Source: Pavona decussata
Taxonomy: Eukaryota
Reading direction: 5' to 3'
Assembly (NCBI GenBank): GCA_977016875.1
Contig: CDRNST010000251.1
Span: 1,302,001 to 1,366,000, forward strand
DNA: 64,000 nucleotides
Position 1 is the stretch's first letter, and each line of letters begins with the position of its first letter. Positions 1 through 13,300 of this stretch are shown piece after piece. Below the pieces are notes generated by a model, which ran no database searches, was not told the origin of the DNA, and was given only the letters and a program-made list of their open reading frames with translations. The position numbers and the translations under genes are program-made.

Positions 1-2595
1 GGATGGACACCACTTCATTTGTCTGTTTCGCGAGAATTCTTCAAAGTTTCCAAAGTGCTTATTGAGTCAGGATGCAACATCAACCTTCAGAAGGATGGAA
101 GTACCCCGCTACATGACGCAGTCCGGAATAATTACGAAGCACTCGTCAAATTATTGCTCATAAAAGACGCAGATGCAAATATTTCGGACACGTCTGGCTG
201 TATTCCACTTCACAGGTCTGTTGAGCGAGGATTCTTCAAAGTGTCCAAACTTCTTGTTGGTTCAGAGTGTAACATCAATTTCCAAAACAAGAACGGACGC
301 ACCCCGCTACATTATGCAGTTTGGAACAGCGATGAAGCACTCGTCAAATTGTTGCTTGAAAACAACGCAGATGCAAATATTCCAGGCACTGATGGATGTA
401 CACCACTTCATGCGTCTGCCGACCGTGGATCTTACAAAGTTTCCAAACTTCTTGTTGATTCAGGGTGCAACATCAACTCTCAGGATGAGCACGGAAGTAC
501 CCCGCTTCATAACGCAGCTTGGAGCAGTAACGTAGAACTCGTCAAATTGTTGCTGGAACAGAACGCAGACGCAAATATTCCAGATTCTTACGGAACTACT
601 CCACTTCATAGGTCTGTTGAGCGAGGAGTTTTCAAAGTTTTCAAACTTCTTCTTGAGTCAGGGTGCAATATCAACCCTCAAGTTGAGCATGGAAGCACTC
701 CGCTACATAACGCAGTTGGAAGGAGGAACGAAGCACTCGTCAAACTGTTGCTCAAAAACAACTCAGATGCAAATAAACCAGGCACTGATGGATGCACACC
801 ACTTCATATGTCTGTTGAGCGTGGATCTTACAAAGTTTCCAAACTTTTTGTTGATTCAGGGTGCAACATCAACCCTCAGGACGAGCACGGAAGTACTGCG
901 CTACATGATGCAGTTTGCAACAATGATGAAGCACTCGTCAAATTGCTGCTTGAAAACAAAGCAGATGCAAATATTCCAGGCATTGACGGATGCACACCAC
1001 TTCATGCGTCTGAGGACCGTGGATCGTACAAAGTTTCCAAACTTCTTATTGATTCAGGGTGCAACATCAACTCTCAGGATGAGCACGGAAGTACCCCGCT
1101 CCATAATGCAGTTGGCAATAATGATGAAGCACTCGTCAAATTGCTGCTTGAAAACAACGCAGATGCAAATATTCCAGGCACTGGTGGATGCACACCACTT
1201 CATGTGTCCTCTGATCGTGGATTATACAAAGTTTCCAAACTTCTTGTTGATTCAGGGTGCAACATCAGCTCTCAGGATGAGCACCGAAGTACCCCGCTAC
1301 ATAATGCAGTTGGCAATAATGATGAAGCACTCGTCAAATTGCTGCTTGAAAACAACGCAGATGCAAATATTCCAGGCACTGATGGATGCACACCGCTTCA
1401 TGCGTCTGCTGACCGTGGATTATACAAAGTTTCCAAACTTCTTGTTGATTCAGGGTGCAACATCAACTCTCAGGATGAGCACGGAAGTACCCCGCTACAT
1501 AATGCAGTTGGCAATAATGATGAAGCACTCGTCAAATTGCTGCTTGAAAACAACGCAGATGCAAATATTCCAGGCACTGATGGATGCACACCACTTCATG
1601 CGTCTGCTGACCGTGGATTATACAAAGTTTCCAAACTCCTTGTTGATTCAGGGTGCAACATCAACTCTCAGGATGAGCACGGAAGTACCCCGCTTCATAA
1701 CGCAGCTTGGAGCAGTGATGAAGAAGTCGTCAAATTGTTGCTGGAACACAACGCAGACGCAAATTGTCCAGATTCCTATGGACGTACTCCACTTCATAGG
1801 TCTGTTGAGCGAGGAGTTTTCAAAGTTTCCAAACTTCTTCTTGAGTCAGGGTGCAACATCAACCCTCAGGATGAGCACAGAAGCACTCCGCTACATAACG
1901 CAGTTGAAAAGAGGAACGAAGCACTCGTCAAACTGTTGCTCGAAAACAACGCAGATGCAGATATTCCAGGTACTGATGGATGGACACCACTTCATGTGTC
2001 TGTTGAGCGTGGATCTTACAAAGTTTCCAAACTTCTTGTTGATTCAGGGTGCAACATCAACCCTCAGGATGAGCATGGAAGTACCCCGCTTCATAACGCA
2101 GTTTGGAGCAGTAACGAAGAACTGGTAAAATTGTTGCTTGAACACAACGCAGACGCAAATATTCGAGACTCGTGTGGACGTAGTCCACTTCATAGGTCTG
2201 TTGAGCGAGGAGTTTTTAAAGTTTCCAAAGTTCTTGTTGATTCAGGGTGCAACATCAACCTCCAGGAAAAGAACGGAAGTACCCCGCTGCATAACGCAGT
2301 TTGGAATGTTGACCAAACACACGTCAAATTGTTGCTTGAAAACAACGCAGATGCAAATATCCCTGACACTTATGGATATACACCACTTCATTTGGCTGTT
2401 TTGAAAAAAGTTTCAAGAGTGTCCAAACTTCTTATTGAATCAGGGAGCAACATCAACCTAAGGGACAAAGACGGGAGCACCCCACTAGATATCGCAGAGC
2501 AAAATAATGAGGCATCTCTTCTCAAATTTTTGAAACAAAACATCGCAAAATTCATCTCTGCAAGAATCGGGTCCAAAGTGGCGTCATTTCGCTGA
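1..2595 (+). CDS. 3' part of the terminal exon of a long ankyrin-repeat gene (paralogue 1; runs off the window start)
   Basis: Frame is open from base 1 to TGA at 2593-2595. It carries about 26 ankyrin repeats with G-x-TPLH motifs in a 66-aa (198-bp) dimeric period and is nearly identical to 15243-18035. Confidence 0.93.
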   Translation, partial: GWTPLHLSVSREFFKVSKVLIESGCNINLQKDGSTPLHDAVRNNYEALVKLLLIKDADANISDTSGCIPLHRSVERGFFKVSKLLVGSECNINFQNKNGRTPLHYAVWNSDEALVKLLLENNADANIPGTDGCTPLHASADRGSYKVSKLLVDSGCNINSQDEHGSTPLHNAAWSSNVELVKLLLEQNADANIPDSYGTTPLHRSVERGVFKVFKLLLESGCNINPQVEHGSTPLHNAVGRRNEALVKLLLKNNSDANKPGTDGCTPLHMSVERGSYKVSKLFVDSGCNINPQDEHGSTALHDAVCNNDEALVKLLLENKADANIPGIDGCTPLHASEDRGSYKVSKLLIDSGCNINSQDEHGSTPLHNAVGNNDEALVKLLLENNADANIPGTGGCTPLHVSSDRGLYKVSKLLVDSGCNISSQDEHRSTPLHNAVGNNDEALVKLLLENNADANIPGTDGCTPLHASADRGLYKVSKLLVDSGCNINSQDEHGSTPLHNAVGNNDEALVKLLLENNADANIPGTDGCTPLHASADRGLYKVSKLLVDSGCNINSQDEHGSTPLHNAAWSSDEEVVKLLLEHNADANCPDSYGRTPLHRSVERGVFKVSKLLLESGCNINPQDEHRSTPLHNAVEKRNEALVKLLLENNADADIPGTDGWTPLHVSVERGSYKVSKLLVDSGCNINPQDEHGSTPLHNAVWSSNEELVKLLLEHNADANIRDSCGRSPLHRSVERGVFKVSKVLVDSGCNINLQEKNGSTPLHNAVWNVDQTHVKLLLENNADANIPDTYGYTPLHLAVLKKVSRVSKLLIESGSNINLRDKDGSTPLDIAEQNNEASLLKFLKQNIAKFISARIGSKVASFR

Positions 2596-2933
2596 GATGG
2601 TGAAAGGAGGTCCTCTCCTACATAAACTAGCAAGACCCTGACGTCTTGGCATGGAACAGAAACCAGAAATACCAGGATCAGACAAAGGAGACGTATTACG
2701 GTCTAAATCTGCTGGAATACCTCATGATATTATCACAGAAACACTAGAAATGTCCCTGGTGAAACAACAAACGCCAGAGTTAGAGACAAATGTAGGGCAA
2801 GAAGGAGAAGAGCCAGAATTGTCAGAGGAAATGCAGATAAACAAGAAAAAACGCAGGCCAGAGTAATAGCGTTCAATCATGGTAATAGGAAAGAGTAGAT
2901 TCCAGTTCAGTCTGTAATAACATGAGTCCTTAG

Positions 2934-3790
2934 AGTGCCCATAACGGAATTTTTTTATTTTCTCATCTGAATCTTTACATCACGCGAAGAACGTCCGCGA
3001 AAAAATTTTTCGATTTGCATGAAACGCGAATTTTTTATGAATTTAGCAAATCTCTAAAATCCTATTTTATTGCGGTCCACCCGCCCCGCTGATGAGAATG
3101 CCGACGGCTCACAATAGGGCCACGTGACATGGTCTGTGACGTACATTCAGGAACTCTCGTGTCTAAAGAAAAAAAAGAAAGAAAATCGTCAGATTCACCG
3201 GTAGGAAGGAAAAACTTAGCTCCAAATAAGTATATTCCATGGCAGAAAACTTATCTGACACGGAAAGTGAGCAAACCACTGAAGAAAGCAGCTAGAACGA
3301 ATTTGAAAGCGTCGAAGTCGAGGCGATAGATGGCGTCCACGAAACAAGTAATACGTGTGAAGATGATGATACACTCGAACCGTACGCGGACGAGCCGATA
3401 GCAGACGAAGAATGGCTAAAAACATATCACAAGGAACAAGAGGAGAAGCGACGACTCAAAGAAGATTTAACGAAACGCTTGGAGAATAGAGTGCGTGTTA
3501 GTGAATGGTAAAGTTCTCACCTTGCATTTTGCATACGCGCTCTTCATTATCATCTGTCAAAACTATGGCCAAGTACTCACATACATTCGAACGAATTATT
3601 TTCCATGTAGATGTACTTGTGGTAACTGTAGCCGTGATCTGCTAGCAAATATCAGCGAGTGCTACTGCTGCAAGGAACTCGAAGGCGATTGGGAAGCGCT
3701 GACTAGCGACATTGTTCTCGTGGAACTACAGGAGAGACACGTGTTGAACTGTGATAATAATAGCTTGTCTCGTTCTCTCAAATTTCGGCC
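2934..3790 (+). mobile_element. Truncated Kolobok-like DNA transposon end with a KolX / P2X7-ballast-like pseudogene (exons 3239-3507, 3611-~3790)
   Basis: Homology with the paralogue-2 3' flank stops exactly at its TTAA (TTAG here, 2930-2933). The element then begins AGTGCCCAT, like the TTAA-flanked MITE at 63010. Translation gives EPYADEP...EW-CTCGNC...ECYCCKE, the Cys pattern of the P2X7 C-terminal/KolX domain, with two in-frame stops. Confidence 0.7.
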
Positions 3791-3879
3791 GTAAATTTAA
3801 TTGTAGGATGGAAGTTGTTAGCTTGTCCAATGAACAGGTTAATTTCCTTTTTGTCACTGTCCCACAGTTTACCAAATCC

Positions 3880-4420
3880 ATTGTATCTTTTAGGCGCATA
3901 CGTCTTGCGAAATGTTCGAAGTCTCACAAGAGTTGGCGTCTAATGTAATTGGTGTCTGTCACCGGTGTCGCCGGGGACAAATTTGAGCCTTTAGAAATAA
4001 CGCTAACAGGCTGTCGCTAAGTTGTTTGTTTGAAAAATTCTTTATGAATTTCTCGTGTTTTTCTCTTTGTGTCTCAATCCGTTTTTAGTCAATTTTTTTC
4101 TGCGCTCTTTGCGCTTGTTATTTGTTTTGTGCCCTTTTTTATTTTGAACCCCCGTTGTGGTGGTAAGGTTTTCAGAGATAACGCTGTTATACTTTTCAAC
4201 ATTTTTATTGTTTGCAGAATTCTGCAACACATGTGCGTACAATATTTGTTTGAGCTCGTTGAATTCTTGCTGCAGTTTATCTAACTTATCTACATCGTGG
4301 TTTACAATGTTTTCTGTGTTCGCCGAGTGCGACTGTTCTCGCATCGATCTATTTACATCAGTGGTAGCATTTGTGCTAGTATTTTTTGAGAGCTTGGTCT
4401 CAACGAAACTTCGCGGATCT
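3880..4420 (-). mobile_element. Degenerate Penelope-like retroelement, N-terminal ORF fragment
   Basis: Minus-strand translation with a frameshift and a stop: basic stretch, then KNFSNKQLSD..VSVISKG....TP...DFEHFARRMRL. This matches the NLS...LxKGLxFxP...F.RRMRL motif that precedes the RT in Penelope-like elements. Confidence 0.65.
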
Positions 4421-4659
4421 CACGATCTATGAGAATATATACCAAAACAATTACGCCATATTTTATAAAACTTGCGACTGAGTTAACAGTGAGGTCAAAC
4501 TATAAACCTCAGAAGGTTACAACACTAAGAATGTCACAAGCGGTTGTGAATATTCAGTATCGAAAGCTTACCATTCGCTTTTCCCTGCTCCTCTTAGAAG
4601 TTGGCTCTTGGTCTTCGTCTTCCTTTCGCTTAGCTGTTTTAAAGGATAAACACAAATGT

Positions 4660-7378
4660 GTGAAGCTTGGCCGGCAAGTACAATTCATAAAAGGTTCTGC
4701 CCAGTTTTCCAATTGCAAATGGGTGCAAGTGGTGCATACTGCTCCAGAAGACCTCAGTAGGTACAAAGGCTACTCTGATCCCATTTCAAAGGGTGAAAAG
4801 AAACATCAGGTTGAAGTTGATCTCTGTAAAATGGCTGATCTGGTTGTGCCTGTTGGACCAAGGCTTGAAGGTTCTTACTCTTCATATCTCCGACGATGCA
4901 AGGAGAATCAGGATATTTTCACTGTAACGCCAGGTCTTTTTGAGAGGGAATTTGGGGACTTAAAACAAGCTCCTAATGAGAGTGGTGACTTTAAAGGGAT
5001 ACTCTAGACCCCAAAACAACTTTCGCTTAAAAGGTAGCATTTGTACTATAATAAAGGGTAAACGGCACATAAAGTTCAAAAGAAACAAGTAAAAGGCCTA
5101 AAATTGCCGGAGAAAGGCGAAATTTTCCCCTTTTTGAAGACCGGAAGTAAAAATCGACTTTAGTGGAGCACGTGATCGATGACGTAGAATGAAGAACCGC
5201 TATTGTTTACAACACTGAAGAGAATATGGATTCTGGGGATTAGCGCAGTTCTTTTGCTTGTTTTTCTTCCGAACAAAATAGTACAATCGAAATTGCCGAC
5301 GGAGCTATGTTAGCAGAGCTATGAGGGCGCTCTGTCGTATGTGTTTAGCCGTGTAACAGCGAAGTGAACTCGGTTACGGACTCTACAAAACGAGTGCAAA
5401 GAGGTGTTTAAGAGCGGATTGGTAAGCGACCAGTTATGCATTCTATCGCGAATTCGGTGTGTTTCACATCCGCAATGAGATTTCATTGGCGATTGAATAC
5501 GTTTTGAGTAGCATTAAAGTTTCCTTTTTATGGTACGGCGTTGTTATTTGAAATCCAGTTTAGTTACATTTTTAAAAAAAATCCACGTAAATTTTACCCC
5601 GGGAATTGGCCTGTTAGAGACACAGCGTACAAAGCTCAGCGAAAGCTTGGAGATGTGGGCAGCTTTCATTATAACGATTCACACTTTACAGGAGCGGTAC
5701 CTGTACAAACAGCAATACTACGACGAAGTCTAAGCCCATAAATAAATTCGGAAGTCATTGTGTTGTGCTGGGCCTTTTGGGACATTAAAGTTTATACCTT
5801 TCCTTCCATATTGCATATTGCGTTCTATTAATACCGCATTCGAGCTCACTTTACAGGGATTTTTTCCGCTAAGTAATGATACCGGCAATTTTTCATTGTT
5901 TGCCATTTTAAAGCAAAATAAGGCCTTTACCTTTGATATTATGCTGATTTAGAAAACGGTGTTCACCTTTGTTGGTCATTTTGCCCTGTCGCGCCGTGTA
6001 TACAGCGACTGAGTCGCGTACCTGAACTGAACAAGGTTAATGAAATAACTGCGATACTACGCGTGTTCGAAAGGTAAGCTTAAGTATCATTATCGGCTTA
6101 TGCTAGTTTTCTTCAGGCTGCACTGCAATAACAATTTCTTATTATTTTTCAAACATACAGTGAACCATAGCTAGTTCTGGTGGAGTAGCTTGTTTTGTAA
6201 TCTGTCTGGCGCGAGCGGCTTCATTGGACGTGCTGTCCTCCATCGGGCCTATGCTCTTATTTTCTGATAGTCCTTCTTTAAAACAAGATTGAAATGGCGT
6301 TTTGTGAGCTTTTCATCTTTCCACAGACACAGCTGTGATAATTTGTGGTTGAGAACAGTCTTCAGAAAAGTGAGCAGCGGTCGTGAGGTCAGCAAACAAA
6401 TCGAATCGCGTGTGTCCGAACCACCCGTACAAAACCCGAAAGAAATGCGAATTATTAAGACCTTCACCGTTGTTACTAGAATTAAGCATAGAGCAACCAT
6501 AAATCGATACGGTATTATTGAATTTTCCCCAAAACTTGAACTATACATTTTATTTTGGAATTTTAAAATCAAGCCATTTACCGAAACTTGCTAAAGAAAT
6601 CCAGAGGAATCTAACCGGAAAAGGTTTGGCGAGTTCTTCTTTCTACGTCATTTCCGGTTTTCGGCCCAAGCGCTGCTTCGAATCCCGTGACGAGAAACTT
6701 TTCGCTTTTCTAGGCAAAATAGCGGAGATCGAACTCCAAATTTGGTAAATATCTTTTATTTGGGTCATAAGCTTTCTGAATTTGGAAAGTTGTTTTGGGG
6801 GCTAGAGTATCCCTTTAAAGTGTTGTTATGTGGTCGTGGTGATGATGAAGACTTTGAACTAAAGGGATACAACATTGCTGTTGAAGCATTTTTTGATCCC
6901 CGGCTGAGAAATAAACTTTATCATCTGCTCTTTGTGGGTGCACCTGACGGAAAGCAGGATGCTGTAAGAGAAAAACTCCTCCAACGTGGTGTCGCTGAAG
7001 AGCAACTGACTGTCAGAAAGTTTGTGCAAAATAGAGAAAAGATGAAAGACTTACTGAATGAGGTTGATCTTGCTATTATGCCATCCAGATCAGAGGGATT
7101 TGGTCTTGTTGCCCTTGAAGCCCTGTCAGCTGGTTTACCTATTCTTGTTGGTAGCAAGTCTGGATTTGCTAGAGCATTAGAGAGCATTCCTTATGGAAAA
7201 TCATGGATAGTTAACTCAGATGACCCTACAAAGTGGGCAGAGGCAATTGGAGGTGTCCGTGCCAGTCATGCAGTGCGGCTTGACGAGATCAAATTTCTGA
7301 GAGCTTCTTATGACAACAAGTACAGTTGGAAGGAACAATGTGAAGCCTTTGTGGAAATGATGTGCAGAATGGTTCAAG
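4660..7378 (+). pseudogene. GT-B fold family-4 (Glycos_transf_1) glycosyltransferase exon, split by a MITE at 4995-6814
   Basis: VKLGRQ...CKWVQVVHTAPE...ADLVVPVGPRL, then IMPSRSEGFGLVALEALSAGLPILV (E-x7-E motif). Removing the insert and one TTAA restores ...SGDFKVLLCGRGDDEDFELKG. Confidence 0.88.
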
Positions 7379-10300
7379 GTATGAGTTGTTACTTGGTGTT
7401 TTTCGTTTTAATTCCAAATGCAACTGCAAATTCAGGCAGAGTAACAGACACCCTGTAGTAATTGTTATAAACACTGTTAACTCCAAGAGTAAAATTTATG
7501 GTCCTGTATCAGTTGGTTCTAACCGTTCAGTCTGTTAAAGAAATCCCATTGTGTGACTGCTAAAATGAAAATGAAAGCTATTGACCAGTACAATCTGAAA
7601 TAGTGGTTGTTTATCAAGATCGTAATAATAGTTATAGAACTTTGGATATAAAGAAAAGAATTAAAAAGTTGACACTGGCTAAAAATATATATACTGGACG
7701 TTTCGGCCACTACTGTTGCCTTCTTCAGCAAAGATAAAAATGCAAATATCTAACGGCGTCCTGCTTGGAATATGTACACGATGTGTGATAAATAAATAAA
7801 TCACACCTCGACGGAATTTCAAAGTGTAACAGTGGTCTCTAGAGTATCGTAAAGACTAAAAACTCTTAATGTTATTGTATACGTTTGGTAGCGCTATACG
7901 TTCATTTATAGAGTTTCTATCACGCACGTCGATGATCTGTCAATGATTTCAACATTCATTATTTTCAAGTGTTCAATGGGCACCATCTATATCTATTACT
8001 TGCTGATAGTGTTATTGCCCAATTGTTAAGTTTGAAATCTCATTCTTTCATGGCTCCATTAATTTTTTAAGCCTTTTACCCCTTATATCAAAGAACGTAT
8101 TCTCCTGTCTTGTCCCCATACTTTTCTTCTCAAAGTACTGGGTAGAAGCTATTAAAATATAAGCATTGATGCTGATCACTGTTAGGGAATAAAGGGCGTA
8201 GAATGAACCCAAAATATTGAATGATAGTGTCTATTTTATTTTACAGGCCCTTCCAGCACCACTATTAAAACTGCAAGGGAAGAGTCCCCTGCTGAACCGA
8301 TGCCAGCTGCAGTCACACTAGATAAAGGTCCTTCACAGAAACGTCTTCGTCTTGATGAAGAAGCGAAAGGAAAACCAAGCATTGCAGGAACCTCTTTTGA
8401 CCCTATAGGTATGGAGCTTGTTTCTTTTAGATATAAATTTAGTTGTCATCGCTCCATGAAGAAGCTTATATGTTGGGTTTCAGTTGTATTTAAGTCTGTT
8501 CCTTGGACTACCTTTTCCCTGGACTGGTCCACGGAGTTACATAAACTACAAGTAACGATTGAGCATGGTTTGAGCATGTTATATGGGGAAAGACCAAAAG
8601 AAACAAGAAAAGACAAAAAAGTGATTAATCTTTCTGAGCAGCGAAATTTGGCAAATATGAACTACATGTATGATGGTGTCTCGATCACACGATCGGAAAT
8701 TACGGAAGGTGGTAGGACTTGGTTCTATCTTCTGCAGTTGTCTGCGATCATATCATTGCGATCTGCGATAGGTCCGATAGCTATGATTCAGACTACGAGA
8801 GAGGCATTGCTGTTGTTTTTGATTTTCTACATGGAAGTGCTTATAGTCAAACGTAGCACTCAACTTCCGTTTTGGATATATTCCTTTCCTTGGCTACCGA
8901 GTCCTCCATCTTTGTGTAATTGTGAGTCATCCAAGCCGTGATTTTATGGCAACACGACGGAGCCATCACCTTTTCGCTGTAGCGCATAAGAAAAAAAAAA
9001 ATAAACATGGCATGCTAATGATTACATGTAACATTCCATGTGTGAGAGAGGTTATGGCATAGTGGTGAGAGCACTGGCTATTCAAAAGTGTGGCACGGGT
9101 TGGATTCCCGTATTTCACGTAATATATGGGTTTAGTTTGTTGTTGTGACTCGTCCTTGCTTTGACAGTTTGTCTCCAGATTCTGCAGTTCTCCTCCTTCC
9201 ACAAGAGGCAACTATGTGAATTCCAAGCTGAGCAGGAATCTGAGGACCAGTTGTTAGACTAGCTGCTTAGTAACACCCTCGTTAAATTAATATTAATCAT
9301 TTCATTTTAATTTTTGCAGAGAAGTACATGTATATCTACAAATGAAATGGCTAGGTCAAATGACTCAACTCAGCCAACAGAATGGAAATATTGCACTTTA
9401 GAGACAGCTTAATTCATGTACAGTATTTGGACATGTACATATAAGAAGGTCTATAACACTTACGTGAATTTCACGTTGATTTCAGATACTCTTATCAAGC
9501 TTTTCATCAGCACCCAAGGTCTAAATGAAGAACAACAACAAACAGTCCATGCAATGTTAGCACTTCAAGCACAGACGTATGTGAAATCCCACAACCTTTC
9601 CACAGCTGAACTGGAACCAGTGGGAGCCCTGATTGAATTTTTAGAAAAGGCTTACCACTTGGCCCTTGTGTCCGTTAACGTGGGCTCTTTGGAAATTGTA
9701 GTGCGATGCCCTAACCTAGAAAGTCTTCAGCGTCTGTGGAGTGACTATCTCTCTGGTCGCCTCAATGAAGAAGTTGAGAGGCACCTTATGACTGAGGAAA
9801 TCAAGAGGAAACTGAACCTGGAGACGGTTAGATTGAAGACAACCATAGAAGAGGGAAATTACTTGATGTGCAGGAAGGCTTTCATGGAAATGTCAGGTAC
9901 GTTTTAGTGATAGTTCAAGGAGTTTTTTATTGAATGGAAATCAGAAGCTCAGCTGTAGCATTTTAAGTAAAGAAACAATTTAAATACCTGTTTTTTCGAG
10001 ACGTACCGCAGGGAAACGAAACGTAACGCGTTGTGGTCAAATGGCCAAAATAATATCTCCTCGGTTGCCACGGTAAGGGAAAGTCACGGAAACTGATTTT
10101 TTTGAAGGTCTAGGAAAAGTAGGGCAATACTGCATGAAGTCAGTAAAATTTTCGTTCTACTTAAAGTCAGTGAAAAGAAAATGAATTTTATTTTTGGCTA
10201 GCCGCTAGGTTCGTGAAAGAGTGTTCTTGTTGTCAAAGGTAGTGGATCCTAAAATTACAAAAGGAAAAGGTCCAATAGTTAGCGTAGTTAGCGGGGTGGT

Positions 10301-13300
10301 AAATCAAGTCTTATAAAGAAGGTGGGGCATGATTTTATTTCAGATCTGTTGGCTATGGATATTTAACACACATTGACCAAATATTGAGCTCTTAATTGAA
10401 TCTTGTGCCACATGCTCTCCTGCAATAGCCGGGAAGACAAAACTAGCGCGTTTACGTTTTTGTTGACTATAATTACAAAAATACAAAGTAACTGGCATTA
10501 TTGGTATCTGTAAAAGGCGTCTGATATATGTGATGGTGCATTTTTGCATAGTGTCGGCTTCAAAATGCATCCAATGAAAGCGTGTATTTATTCACTGACT
10601 CATACTCAGGTTCTTTACAAATCACATAATTTTCAATTTTTTAAGGTTACCATATACCTTTAGAGCTGTCCCGCGTTCAAGAGATGTAGCGCGTCCGGTT
10701 TAAACTGAACTCTTATATCAAATTAAAGCTCATAGGGTTGGCTATCAAAACTATACCAAGAATTTTGAAATAAAGTCAATTGTCGAATTTTTCACGACCT
10801 CTAAATGTGAGCGTCCGAATCACCTTTTGAAAGCTACAAGTCGAGCGAATTTTATTTTTCGCTAATTTAATTTGCTCCTCAGTTGCTGGAACCAAAGCGC
10901 TAAAAAAACGTGTCTGCGTTTTGCCATATTCAATCGCAGTGAAAAGTTACAGAACATTTTCGAAATAGGATAAAAAAAGTGTGGAGTGTTCGTACAAAAA
11001 TCGCTCTCGGAGAAAAAATATTTTGAAAGAAAATAATCGCGGAAACGGTTTTGTTCTTTATATGTTAAACTAGCTACTGTCCAAATATGAAGGCAAGCGA
11101 ACAAATTCCCTGTGAGTTTTAGCTCTTTAAAGTGTCTCCTCCAAGTAAAAAAAATTGATTCGAGAAAACAGTGCTAAACATTCGGCAATTCATTTTATTT
11201 CAAAATTCTTGGTATAGTTTAATAGCCAGCTCTACATGTATAAGCTTTAATTTGATATATGGGTTTAGGTATCTACAGTTTAAACTGGACGCGCTACATC
11301 ACCGCTACATCGCTTGGACGCCAGACACCTCTGATGGTATAGGGTAACCTTAAAAGCCAAAACGTCTCCGTATTACTAGACATGGCATTTACGTGATATG
11401 TAGGTTACCGTATTCTTTTACATAATCTTCTAAATTGAAATTATGAAAATTTAGTTTGAAACACTTATAGCAACCGTCCTAGCAATCAGTCGGCTTCTGG
11501 CACAATAGTGATCATGGTGTTTGGGAAATTATCATGCTTGAAAATCAATTTTTGTACTCTTTTTGCTGCAATATCTAGAGACCAAAGCAATTATTCGGTG
11601 TTTGTTCTTAGATCTGTAAAATCAAGGTAATTTAGGACATGGAACTCCATTTTGCTCAAGGTTTCCCTGCTATATAAAATTTACTTTTTGGTTCCTTAGC
11701 AGAAACCTTGTAAATATTTCCTCAGTAGGTCGGTTTGTATGTTGCCCCCCTTTTTAGTTTCTACCTCCGAAAAAGTCGAAGGTTTACAGTGCAGCAGCCT
11801 ATCCTTTGTTTTTCTCAGTTGCCCGTGCTCTTTGACTCCATTTTTAACTTTCATGTAGCGTTTAGTGGTTGAACCAGTTGAAATATGCACTTTTTCTGGC
11901 CCTTGTAAATGTCTTCCAAGGCGTATCCAGGACTACTGAATACAGTTCCGACATTTTGAGCTCTTTTACTGTTTCTATATTTTTTTTTTATATCCAAACG
12001 TAGCAGACAGAACTCACTTTCCACCTCAACAAACTGAGCCAGATGGGGAAGCGAGCACAAGTTCAGATTATCAGGAAGTAAGACGTTATGTTTTTGTTCA
12101 TTTTTAAATAACTATTGAAAAGTACATTCAGGTATGAACTGGCTGAGTAGTGTGCAAGTCGAATGCCGAATTGTTAGAAACCTGCACTGTTTCATCACCT
12201 TAAATGGATACTTAAAGTCAAAGTTTACCATCATCACATTCATCATCTATATTATTATTTGCTACTTTGTGCATTCTCTTTTAATTCCTATTCCGAGGAG
12301 GGTACCCTGCAAGAAGAGACGCCTTATCCGTGTTTTGTTTCACTCTCAGTTATACTATAATTTGTCGTATACCACCATCAGTAATGACGGGGTGTATTTG
12401 TCAGTCATGGTGATGATGACTATAGCTATAACGGAGTGCAGAGCGCATCATCGGTTTTAAATTATCAATAGAATTCCTTGTGTCAAGTTTTTGTTATGCC
12501 ATTTCAGGAGAAGAAACAGGACATGAGCTGGATAATTAGAGGTGAAAAGGCCAAAGTGAGTTCCAGTTGATAAAAAAATATATATTTGCTTTGTTGTTTG
12601 GAACTTTAAGTTTATCGCGGTCGACAATAGGAGACCGCAAGTCTAACTTTGTGTTTGCGTTCCGCTCCCTGTGCAAGTGCATGCGGAACAAATCGAGGTT
12701 GGCGGCCATTTTGTTTCTCTGTCACGCAAATTTACCTCGTTTTGATGCAAGAATCTGGCCTCATTTTCACGTGAAGATATGCGGTCTATCAAATTGGCAT
12801 GTCGACCGCACTTTTTAATCTGTGATTACTATTACTATTTTAAGGGTATTTCCACCTTAATTTTATGTAGAGTTGAACTCAGATTCAGAATATCACGTTG
12901 GGAAACAATTAATTTTTAAATGGGCAGTAACCAGAAGGTTTACAAGTAGGAAATAGGGAGGAGTGGAATTAGTGGATTATTTTTTTAGGATTTGAAGTTC
13001 TTATATGTTGGTTTTTTTTTTTTTAACAGTCATCAAGACGTGCACTGCACAAAGCTGCCATTAATGGACAGTACGAGACTGTGAAAATGCTTCTTTCCAG
13101 TGGTGAAGATGTGGACCTAAGAGACCAGGTTTTAATTTCCTTCGATTCTGGTTGTCACTTTTTTCTCATGTTTTCTTTTTTTCCGGCTTTTTATGTGCAT
13201 AAAATCTTGCACAATGTTTCCGTATCATCTGTACTTTACTGTGCCCGTATCCTTTGTTAAATATTCTTTATTCAAACATACCCGCGCCCGTATCTTTGTA

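Noticed and set aside
617-2128. 503-aa alternate-frame ORF (and the 519-aa equivalent at 16009-17568) overlapping the ankyrin frame
   Set aside because: Shadow ORF: one stop-free 198-bp unit amplified in tandem gives a long frame automatically, and its extent differs between paralogues.
2651-2866. 71-aa ORF just after the ankyrin stop
   Set aside because: The paralogous segment has an earlier stop (~18256), so it is more likely 3' UTR or a relic tail.
4429-4659. N-terminal part of the 192-aa ORF as the GT start
   Set aside because: No GT similarity before VKLGRQ; it is chance read-through from adjacent retroelement-derived sequence.
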